Source of the DNA: Gemmatimonadaceae bacterium
GTDB taxonomy: Bacteria; Gemmatimonadota; Gemmatimonadetes; Gemmatimonadales; Gemmatimonadaceae
Assembly: GCA_040902005.1 (NCBI GenBank)
Contig: JBBDYA010000090.1
Coordinates: forward strand, 1-20,472
DNA length: 20,472 nucleotides
Direction: 5' to 3'
Each line of letters starts with the position of its first letter. Position 1 is the first letter of the stretch. A model generated the notes under the pieces. It worked only from the letters and a program-made list of their open reading frames with translations. It searched no databases and was not told the origin of the DNA. Shown here in pieces: positions 8,931 to 16,556 of the stretch. Both the position numbers and the translations under genes were made by a program.

Positions 8931-9266
8931 ATGCCGCACTCGGATGCCATCGTGGTACTGACGACCGTGTCGAGCGACGACGAGGCCGTTCGCCTGGTGC
9001 GTGCGCTGCTGGACCGCCGACTGATCGCCTGCGGCACGCTCGTGCCCGGTGCCCGATCCCTGTACCGCTGGCAGGGGAAGATCGCCGACGAGAAAGAAAC
9101 CCTGCTCCTCCTCAAGACCCGCTCGGCGCGCGTCGAAGCGCTGCAGGAGGCCTTCCGGGAACTGCATCCGTACAAGGTGCCGGAACTCCTGGCGCTGTCC
9201 GTCGACACGGGTCTGGAGAAGTATCTCGAGTGGATCAACGGCGAGACCTCGCTTTCGCTGACGTGA
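8931..9266 (+). CDS. cutA: Divalent-cation tolerance protein CutA
   Basis: VVLTT....EA..LVRALLDRRLIAC, SLYRWQGKI, E.LLLLKT, LHPYKVPE, YLEWI. Confidence 0.95.
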   Translation: MPHSDAIVVLTTVSSDDEAVRLVRALLDRRLIACGTLVPGARSLYRWQGKIADEKETLLLLKTRSARVEALQEAFRELHPYKVPELLALSVDTGLEKYLEWINGETSLSLT

Positions 9267-9790
9267 ATCGTGCCCCGGGTGCGCCTGCCGTGATCGAGGT
9301 CCGGGTGGACGATCTCGGCTTCTTCGAGGGTGAGGCGATCGTGCGTCCGGTGAACGACCTGCTTCGCGCCACGACCCCGCTGATGCGTCGCCTGGAGTTG
9401 GCGGCTGGCGCGGCGTTCCTGGAGAGCGCGCGTCTCTCGGAGCCGCTGCCGGTGGGCGCTGCCGTCGTCACTGGGGCGGGCGATCTCGGTGTCGAGCTGT
9501 TGATCCATGGCGTCGTGTCGAGCGACATGGAGCCGGTAAGCCGCGCGACCGTCCGGATGGCGCTCGCCAGCGCGCTCCATCGCGTGGATGCGTTCCAGGT
9601 GCGGAACGTGGCCATCGCTCCCTTTGGCCTGGGCGCCGGCAATCTCGACATCGAGGAGAGCGCGGACGTCATGTGCGACGTGATCACCGTGCACATGCGG
9701 CGGTCGTCGTACCCCGCATCCGTGGTGATCATCGCGGAAACGACGCATGAGGAACAGGCACTGCGCGACCGCCTTGCGCGGTTCGCATGA
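9263..9790 (+). CDS. Macro-domain protein with degenerate active-site loops
   Basis: Macro-like order of elements: IEVRVDDL, EAIVRPVN, AAG, PLPVGAAVVTGAGDL, LLIHGV, VAIAPFGLGAGNL. Start placed at GTG 9263 (GTGA overlap with the cutA stop); GTG 9290 is an alternative. Confidence 0.8.
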   Translation: MNRAPGAPAVIEVRVDDLGFFEGEAIVRPVNDLLRATTPLMRRLELAAGAAFLESARLSEPLPVGAAVVTGAGDLGVELLIHGVVSSDMEPVSRATVRMALASALHRVDAFQVRNVAIAPFGLGAGNLDIEESADVMCDVITVHMRRSSYPASVVIIAETTHEEQALRDRLARFA

Positions 9791-11340
9791 TGTCCCGCCC
9801 CGTGGTGGCGGCCGCGATCCTGATCGCGTGGATCGGCGGGCTCGGCATGCTGTTGCGCCAGGAGTTATTCCGATCCCCGATCGAACGGCTCGCCCAGGCA
9901 GCGCTCCGGGTGACGCCCCGCGCCATCTTTTACACCGTGATGCAGGGTGACCAGCACGTGGGATTCGCGTCGTCCACGGTGGATACGACGACGACGACCA
10001 TCGAGCAGCGCGACTACCTGGTGACCAACGTGGTCTCTGCCGGCCAGGTGCTGCGCTCCGAGATGCGCACGACCGTCATCCTGTCTCGCACGCTGCGCAT
10101 GCGGAGGTTCGAGATCACGACGGACGCGGGCGACGTGTCGCTACGCATGGGCGGCGAGATGCTCGGCGATACGATGCTCCAGGTTGCCGTCCAGCGCGGC
10201 GCGGCCGCCCCCGACACGCAGCGCGTGCCCATCGCGGGGCCGCTCCTGCTGGCGACGCTGGCACCGATGGCGATGGCGCTCGACGACCGGCCACGCGTGG
10301 GCAGGTCGTACGCGCTGCCCGTCTTCGACCCCGGGTCGCTCTCGCCGACGCAGGCGCGATACGACATTCGCGCCGAATCGCTGTTCGTCGTCAACGACAG
10401 CTCGGTGTTCGATTCCACGTCGGGGCGCTGGCAGGGTGTGTTACCGGACACGATCCGGGCATGGCAGATCGTGCCGCAGGCCGGCAGTGACGTGCGCGGA
10501 TGGGTGGACGAGCAAGGGCGACTGGTCGCGACCACGCAGCTCGGGTTCCAGCTGCTGCGCCAGCCGTACGAGGTAGCCTTCGAGAACTGGAGGCGCCAGG
10601 GCGACCCCGGAGCCGCGAGCACGGCGGCCCGTACGCCGTTCCCGATCGACCCCGATGTCGTGGCCGCGACGGCGATTGCCTCCGGTCGTCGGGTGTCCGG
10701 CACGACGGCGGAACTCCGCGTACGCCTGGGAGGGATTGCGCTCGACGGCTCCAGCCTCGCCGGGGGTCGGCAGCGCCTCGCCGGCGATACCCTGATCGTC
10801 ACGCGCGAGAACTCGAGCCTGCTGGCGCCCCGGTACCTCACCATCCTGGGCGGTGCGCGCGCGGGCCACGTGGATCTCAGGGCGGAGGAGTTCCTCGAGG
10901 TGGACCACCCCGAAATCGTCGCGCTTGCGCAACGCTTCGCCGACGAGAGCCGGAATCCCCGCGTGGTCGCGCAGCGGATCGTGGAATGGATGCGCGACTC
11001 GATCCACAAGGAGCCAGCGTCGGGCATTCCGAGCGCGCTGCATGTGCTGCATACGCGCCGCGGCGACGCCGCGGAACACACCCAGCTGTTCGTCGCGCTC
11101 GCGCGCGCCGCCGGCGTTCCCGCGCGCTCCGTGGCGGGATTGCTCCATTCGGGTGGAAAGTTCTACTACCACGCCTGGCCCGAAGTGCTGCTGCGCGGCT
11201 GGGTCGCCGTGGATCCCACGTTCGGACAATTCCCTGCTGACGCCGCGCACGTGCGGCTGGTGACCGGTAGCGCGGGCCGCCAGGCGGACCTGCTGCGCGC
11301 GATTGGCGGACTGACCCTCGACGTCGTTGGCACGCGATGA
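9787..11340 (+). CDS. Membrane-anchored transglutaminase-like (Transglut_core) domain protein, catalytic Cys absent
   Basis: N-terminal TM/signal anchor (VVAAAILIAWIGGLGMLL); C-terminal SALHVLHTRRGDAAEHTQLFVALARAAGVPAR.V.G....FYYHAWPEV....WVAVDPTFGQ. ATGA overlaps with both neighbours. Confidence 0.88.
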   Translation: MMSRPVVAAAILIAWIGGLGMLLRQELFRSPIERLAQAALRVTPRAIFYTVMQGDQHVGFASSTVDTTTTTIEQRDYLVTNVVSAGQVLRSEMRTTVILSRTLRMRRFEITTDAGDVSLRMGGEMLGDTMLQVAVQRGAAAPDTQRVPIAGPLLLATLAPMAMALDDRPRVGRSYALPVFDPGSLSPTQARYDIRAESLFVVNDSSVFDSTSGRWQGVLPDTIRAWQIVPQAGSDVRGWVDEQGRLVATTQLGFQLLRQPYEVAFENWRRQGDPGAASTAARTPFPIDPDVVAATAIASGRRVSGTTAELRVRLGGIALDGSSLAGGRQRLAGDTLIVTRENSSLLAPRYLTILGGARAGHVDLRAEEFLEVDHPEIVALAQRFADESRNPRVVAQRIVEWMRDSIHKEPASGIPSALHVLHTRRGDAAEHTQLFVALARAAGVPARSVAGLLHSGGKFYYHAWPEVLLRGWVAVDPTFGQFPADAAHVRLVTGSAGRQADLLRAIGGLTLDVVGTR

Positions 11341-12095
11341 TCAAACTCACTGCACTCACGAAGAAGTATGGCAGTTTCATGGCGGTGGACGCCATCGACC
11401 TGGAGGTGCCGCGCGGCGAACTCTTCGGCTTTCTCGGCCCGAACGGCGCCGGCAAGACGACGACGTTGCGCATGATCGCGGGCATCCTGCGCCCGACCAG
11501 CGGTCGCGTGGAGATCGGCGGCATCGACGTCAACACGGATCCGGTCGGCGCGAAGACCAAGCTGGGGTTCATTCCCGACCGGCCGTTCATCTATGAGAAG
11601 CTCACCGGAGCGGAGTTTCTGCGATTCGTGTCAGGACTCTTCGACCAGGACGGGCCGCAGGTGGAGCACCGGGCCCGCGAACTGCTGGCGCTGTTCGACC
11701 TCGAAGAATGGCGCGACGAGCTGGTGGAGAGTTACAGCCATGGCATGCGCCAGAAGCTGATCATCTCGAGCGCGTTCGTTCACCGGCCCGAGGTGATCGT
11801 CGTCGACGAGCCAATGGTGGGGCTGGATCCCAAGGCCGCGCGAATTCTCAAGGACCTGTTTCGCGAGTACACGCACCGCGGTCACACCATCATGATGTCG
11901 ACTCACACGCTGGAAGTCGCAGAGTCCCTGTGCGACCGGATCGCGATCATTCAGGGGGGCCATATCCGCGCGCAAGGCACCATGGCGGAGCTGCGGAGTC
12001 ATGCGGCGGAAGGGGCGTCCGGGCTGGAGGACATTTTCCTGCGCCTGACGGGGGAAAACGCGGCGCGCGAACTGGTGGACGTGCTCGATGCCTGA
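11337..12095 (+). CDS. ABC transporter ATP-binding protein (exporter type)
   Basis: Walker A GPNGAGKTT, signature YSHGMRQK, Walker B VIVVDEP, H-loop STHT. Confidence 0.95.
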   Translation: MIKLTALTKKYGSFMAVDAIDLEVPRGELFGFLGPNGAGKTTTLRMIAGILRPTSGRVEIGGIDVNTDPVGAKTKLGFIPDRPFIYEKLTGAEFLRFVSGLFDQDGPQVEHRARELLALFDLEEWRDELVESYSHGMRQKLIISSAFVHRPEVIVVDEPMVGLDPKAARILKDLFREYTHRGHTIMMSTHTLEVAESLCDRIAIIQGGHIRAQGTMAELRSHAAEGASGLEDIFLRLTGENAARELVDVLDA

Positions 12096-13824
12096 CCATC
12101 CCGCGCCGGCCGCCATCCGGCCGTCCGGTGCCGTGCTGGCGACACCGGATCCGTCGCTGCCACATCTCCTGTGGCCGAAGTACCTCACGGCGCGCGCGCG
12201 TTCGGTCAGCGGCGAACGCGGCCGTGGCATGCGAGCGCTGATCCTCGGCTTCTTTGGGCTGCTGTTCTGGGCGTTCATCTTCGGCGTGCTGTATCGGCTG
12301 CTCCTGTATTTTCGCGGCGTGCCGGAGATCGGCCCGTTGCTCGCGGGGAAACTGCTCGGGCTGGTGCTGATCGGATTCTTCTCGATCCTGCTGCTGTCGA
12401 ATGTGATCACTGCGCTGTCGAGTTTTTTCCTCTCGAAGGATCTCGACCTCCTCGTCTCCGGGCCCGTGGATTGGCTCACGTTGTACGGGGCGAAGCTGCT
12501 GGAGACGATCGTGAACTCCAGCTGGATGGTGGTGCTGATGGCGGTGCCGATGTTCACGGCGTACGGGATCGTGTACGACGGCGGCGTCTGGTTCCCGTTC
12601 ATCGCCGGCGCGGTCTTCCTGCCGCTGCTCATCATCCCCGGCGCCATCGGCACCGCGATTACGCTGACCCTCGTGAACGTGTTTCCCGCGCGGCGTACTC
12701 GGGATATCCTGAGCGTGATCGCCGTGCTCGCCGCCGGCGGTATCGTGTTGGTCTTCCGCATGGTGCGCCCAGAGCGCTTGGCGAGTCCAGAGGGCTATCG
12801 GTCGCTGATGGATTTCGTCGCGATTCTGCGTACGCCGACATCCCCCTTCCTTCCCAGCGAGTGGGCTCAGAACGCGACGATGGGCTGGCTCACCTACGAT
12901 CACCAGTACCTGCCCTACTACCTGCTGTGGACCACCGCTGCGGCGGCGGTCGTCCTGGGCGCGATCCTGCACCGCTGGCTGTACCCCAAGGGATTCAGCA
13001 AGGCACAGGAGAGCGGCGAGCGCTGGGCGCGGTCCGGCCTCACGCACCGTGTCGCCATGCGGGTGCTGCGCCCCCTGGGCACCCTCAAGCGCGAACTCGT
13101 GCTCAAGGAGATCCGCCTGTTCTTCCGCGACACCACGCAGTGGTCGCAGCTCATTCTCCTCGCCGTGCTGGTGGTCGTCTACGTCTTCAACATCAAGTAC
13201 CTCCCCCTGCGCGGCGAAGGCATCACGCTCTTTCTGCTGAACGTCGTGCCCTTTCTCAACCTCGTGCTCGCAGGGTTCGTGCTGGCGTCGATCGCGGCCC
13301 GATTCATTTTTCCCGGTGTGAGCCTGGAGGGGCGCACGCTCTGGCTGTTGCGCTCCAGCCCCATGTCGATGCGCGACCTGCTGTGGTCGAAGTTCTGGGT
13401 CGGCACCGCACCGTTGCTGGTGCTCGCGGTCGGGATCGTGGGGGTGACGAACTATCTGCTGGCCGTGTCGCCCTTCATGTTCGCGGTGTCGCTGCTGACC
13501 ATCGTGGCCATGACGTTCTCGATCGCGGGACTCGCGCTCGGCTTCGGGACGCTGTTTCCACAATTCGAGACGGAGAACGCCGCACAGATCCCTACGTCAT
13601 TCGGCGGACTGCTGTTCATGATGAGCGCGATCGCGATGATCGCCACCGTCGTGATCTTCGAAGCGCGGCCGGTCGTGTCCTACCTTCGGGCGCAGGCGTT
13701 CGGCGGCCAGGCGGATCCGTGGGAGATGCTCTTCGGCTTCGGCATGGCGGCGCTGGTCTGCGGCGCGACGACCGTCATTCCCATTCAGGTGGCTTTGCGG
13801 CGCCTGGAGCGCATCGAGCGCTGA
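12088..13824 (+). CDS. Putative ABC exporter permease (about 12-14 TM)
   Basis: Large polytopic protein with FFLSKDLDLLVSGPV...LYGAK, KEIRLFFRD..QWSQ and SLEGRTLWLLRSSP.....LLWSK motifs of two-half ABC-2-like exporters; 8-nt overlap with the ATPase. Confidence 0.85.
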   Translation: MPDHPAPAAIRPSGAVLATPDPSLPHLLWPKYLTARARSVSGERGRGMRALILGFFGLLFWAFIFGVLYRLLLYFRGVPEIGPLLAGKLLGLVLIGFFSILLLSNVITALSSFFLSKDLDLLVSGPVDWLTLYGAKLLETIVNSSWMVVLMAVPMFTAYGIVYDGGVWFPFIAGAVFLPLLIIPGAIGTAITLTLVNVFPARRTRDILSVIAVLAAGGIVLVFRMVRPERLASPEGYRSLMDFVAILRTPTSPFLPSEWAQNATMGWLTYDHQYLPYYLLWTTAAAAVVLGAILHRWLYPKGFSKAQESGERWARSGLTHRVAMRVLRPLGTLKRELVLKEIRLFFRDTTQWSQLILLAVLVVVYVFNIKYLPLRGEGITLFLLNVVPFLNLVLAGFVLASIAARFIFPGVSLEGRTLWLLRSSPMSMRDLLWSKFWVGTAPLLVLAVGIVGVTNYLLAVSPFMFAVSLLTIVAMTFSIAGLALGFGTLFPQFETENAAQIPTSFGGLLFMMSAIAMIATVVIFEARPVVSYLRAQAFGGQADPWEMLFGFGMAALVCGATTVIPIQVALRRLERIER

Positions 13825-14163
13825 TCAGGCCAGCGCGCCGGGCCCGCCGCCCAGCGCGGCGCCGCAGGTGGAGCAGAACCCCGCCCCGCGCTCCGTGACC
13901 GGCGCGTTGCACGCCCGGCAGGCACCGGAGAGGAATGCCCCGCAGGTTGAGCAGTATTCCGCGTCCGGCTCGGGGCGCAAGCCGCAGCGCGCGCACGTTG
14001 GGCGCGCCTCCCGATAGGCGCGCACCCGCGCTTCGATCGCGTCCTCCGGCGGCGCACTCCGCGCCGGTTCGCGCACCGTGAAGAACAGCGGGTACAGCAC
14101 GAATGCCAGCGCGGCGACGGCGAGCGTCGTCCCGGCAACGAGCGCGAGGACCCCGTCGCTCAT
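13825..14163 (-). CDS. TM-anchored double zinc-ribbon protein
   Basis: N-terminal TM (GVLALVAGTTLAVAALAFVLYPLFF) and four CxxC pairs (CARC, CSTC, CRAC, CSTC). ATG at 14163 overlaps the ccmF TGA (ATGA), so preferred over the 14187 start. Confidence 0.8.
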   Translation of the reverse strand: MSDGVLALVAGTTLAVAALAFVLYPLFFTVREPARSAPPEDAIEARVRAYREARPTCARCGLRPEPDAEYCSTCGAFLSGACRACNAPVTERGAGFCSTCGAALGGGPGALA

Positions 14164-16217
14164 GCGTCGCCCCCCCCCCCCCCCCACCGTATCGCGGGGT
14201 CGCGGCGCGCGAGTTCCTCCGGGATCGCGTTCGCCGGCTCAGCGCGCCGGTCCGCCATCGGCCACATCACGATGAGTGCGCCGAGCGCCAGGACGCCGCC
14301 GCCGACCCAGACCCAGACGACGAGTGGGTTGAAGTGAATACGCATCTCGGCGGCGTCGGCACGGATGCCCGCGAGCACCACGTACACGTCCTGACGCGCG
14401 TCGGTGCGGATGCCGGCCTCCGTGCGCGGCTCGAATATCGGGCGACGCTGGCCATCGACGTACTGGCGTTTCTCGCTCTTGATCAGTCCCATCGGCTTCC
14501 CATCGCGCCAGGCCTCGAGCGCCACCGCCGTGATCTCGCGGTTGAGCGACGCCGATGTGGACACGCCCTGGCTCACGAAACGCCAGCGCGCGCCATACGG
14601 GTCCGCGGTTTCCCAGGCCTGACCGGCGGTGAGACGGACGTCGAATGCGGCCCGAAACGGGAGTCCGGCAAACGCCGCGAAGAGCAGCGCGATGCCGGCG
14701 TGCACCACGAGACCGCCGTATCGCCGACGGTTGTGCAACACCAGGCGCAGGACGGCCATCGCGATCGGATCGCCGTGCATCGCGCGCCACGCACGCGCCC
14801 CCGTCACCAGCTCCTGCGCGATCGCCGCCAGAACAAAGGCTGTCAGCAGGTACGCCACCAGCGCATAGCCGTTGCGCATGCCCAGCGCGAACAGGACACT
14901 GGCCAGCACGATCCCGCTGGCCACGGGCGCGACGAGCTGCCGGCGCAGAGTCAGCAACGAGGCCTCGCGCCGCGCGATCATCGGCCCGATGCCAAGGAGC
15001 GCGAGGAGCAGCAGGCCAAGCGGCACAGTGACCGCGTTGAAGAAGGCGGGACCGACCGGGATCGGCGATCCCCGCACCCACTCGCTGAGCATCGGAAGGA
15101 GTGTGCCGGTGAGGACGGACGCGGCGATGCCGATGAGCACCAGATTATTGCAGAGAAGCGCCCCCTCCCCCGTTCTGCTCACGTTGCGCTCCAGTCCCTG
15201 AACGGCCTCGAGATCGCGAAGGCGGGTAGAGACGAGGGACGCGCCAGCCGCCGCCGTCACCGCGAAGAACGCCGCGAACCAGCCGGCCATCGACGATCCC
15301 GCGAAGGCATGCGCGCTTTCGCCGACGGCGCTCCGCGCGAGGAACGCGCCGAGGATGGATAGCAGGAACGTCACGATCGCCAGCGTTACGCTCCACGGGC
15401 GCAGCACGCCGTGCCGCTCCTGGATCATGACCGCGTGCAGGAACGCGACGCCGGTGAGCCAGGGCAGCAGCGATGCGTTCTGCGCGGGCTCCCACGCCCA
15501 GTAACCACTCCCCCCCCTCCCGGGCTCCACGTACGACCACCACATGCCCAGGACGATTCCGATCGTGAGGAACGACCATGACACGAGGACCCAGCGGCGC
15601 ATCGTCGCAAGCCACGTGGCATTCAGCCGCCGCGTGGTCAGCGCGCCGATCGCGAACGCGAAGGGGACGGTCGTGGCCACGTGTCCCAGGTACAGCGCCG
15701 GGGGATGCACCAGCATGCCCGGATGCTGGAGCTGCGGATACATGCCACGTCCGTCCAGGGGAATCCAGTCGAGACGCGCGAAGGGATTGGAGGTGAAGGC
15801 GGTCGCCGCCAGAAAAAACACCATGACCACGCCAAGCGTCCCGGTGACGAACGGCATCATCTCTCGATGCGTCGCGCGGTTCGCCCAGACGACGATCGTG
15901 GCGCACAACGCCAGCACGAGGCACCACAATAGCATCGAGCCCGCCGGTCCGCTCCAGAAGGCCGCGAGCACGTAGACGTCCGGCGTGTTGGCGGCGATCT
16001 GGCTCGCGACATACGACAGCGAGAAGTCGCGCGTGAGAAGCGCCGTCCACAGTCCGACGGAGGCGAGGAGCGTGAACGCGAACGCAGCGTACGCGGCGCG
16101 CTCGCCGCTCTGGATCAGGTCGTGACGCCGGCCGGCGCCGCCGGCAAACGACACGGTGGCGGACCACACCGCCATGAGAAGCGCGAGCCACAGCGACAGC
16201 TCTCCGACGAGAATCAC
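14160..16217 (-). CDS. ccmF: Heme lyase CcmF/NrfE family protein with divergent WWD motif
   Basis: DFSLSYVA, AFWSGPAGSMLLW, NPF, LQHPGMLVHPPALYLG, NASLLPWL..AFLH, SAHAF, VGPAFFN, RRYGGLVVHAG, TEAGI, FNPLVVWVWVGG. Start placed at GTG 16217 (VILVGELSLW), 8 nt after the upstream stop. Confidence 0.9.
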   Translation of the reverse strand: MILVGELSLWLALLMAVWSATVSFAGGAGRRHDLIQSGERAAYAAFAFTLLASVGLWTALLTRDFSLSYVASQIAANTPDVYVLAAFWSGPAGSMLLWCLVLALCATIVVWANRATHREMMPFVTGTLGVVMVFFLAATAFTSNPFARLDWIPLDGRGMYPQLQHPGMLVHPPALYLGHVATTVPFAFAIGALTTRRLNATWLATMRRWVLVSWSFLTIGIVLGMWWSYVEPGRGGSGYWAWEPAQNASLLPWLTGVAFLHAVMIQERHGVLRPWSVTLAIVTFLLSILGAFLARSAVGESAHAFAGSSMAGWFAAFFAVTAAAGASLVSTRLRDLEAVQGLERNVSRTGEGALLCNNLVLIGIAASVLTGTLLPMLSEWVRGSPIPVGPAFFNAVTVPLGLLLLALLGIGPMIARREASLLTLRRQLVAPVASGIVLASVLFALGMRNGYALVAYLLTAFVLAAIAQELVTGARAWRAMHGDPIAMAVLRLVLHNRRRYGGLVVHAGIALLFAAFAGLPFRAAFDVRLTAGQAWETADPYGARWRFVSQGVSTSASLNREITAVALEAWRDGKPMGLIKSEKRQYVDGQRRPIFEPRTEAGIRTDARQDVYVVLAGIRADAAEMRIHFNPLVVWVWVGGGVLALGALIVMWPMADRRAEPANAIPEELARRDPAIRWGGGGGDA
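14170..14185. repeat. C16/G16 homopolymer tract in the last codons of ccmF
   Basis: 16 consecutive C on the plus strand; read as W-G-G-G-G-G on the ccmF strand. Confidence 0.9.
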
Positions 16218-16225
16218 GTGCCCGC

Positions 16226-16534
16226 TCAGCGCGTCCCGTTCAGGAGCGCCGCGGCGGCGAGCGCCCCTGCCGCGTCCCACGCAAGATCGGCGCGGCTGAA
16301 GCGGCCGCCCGCGCGACGGTCGCTCCACTCCTTCCAGACCCCGACACCGAGTGCCGAGACCCCGCCCGCGGCCTGCGCCATCGGTCGGTCGACCTTTGCC
16401 GCGCGCGCGAGAGAGAACGCCGCGCTGTGCACGAAGGCCGACATGAAGAAATGCTTGACCTTGTCCGCGCCGAACCAGCGGTCCTTGGCGGGCGGAGCCG
16501 CCAGCAGCACGGCGACCAGGAACAGTTTGATCAT
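16226..16534 (-). CDS. YfiM/DUF2279-like small membrane or exported protein
   Basis: Signal-like N-terminus, then DRWFGADKVKHF, G..KE..D, FS.ADLAWD.AG, the YfiM-family pattern. Start at ATG 16534, not 16741, which lies inside glpK. Confidence 0.75.
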   Translation of the reverse strand: MIKLFLVAVLLAAPPAKDRWFGADKVKHFFMSAFVHSAAFSLARAAKVDRPMAQAAGGVSALGVGVWKEWSDRRAGGRFSRADLAWDAAGALAAAALLNGTR

Positions 16535-16556
16535 GGCACGCACCGGTTCGGGGCGA

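Noticed and set aside
6172..8961. 929-aa plus-strand ORF antisense to uvrA (likewise 2241-4022, 11947-13563, 16863-18233, 18113-19483)
   Set aside because: Shadow ORFs expected from high GC3 codon bias opposite well-conserved genes; no recognisable motifs.
11337..13824. ABC ATPase/permease as CcmA/CcmB partners of the neighbouring ccmF
   Set aside because: Opposite strand and a different operon; the 578-aa permease is far larger than CcmB and lacks CcmB/CcmC motifs.
12171..13898. 575-aa same-strand alternative-frame ORF over the permease (and 15145-16191 over ccmF)
   Set aside because: Arg/Ala/Gly/Pro-rich off-frame translation typical of GC-rich DNA; the main frame already encodes a coherent membrane protein.
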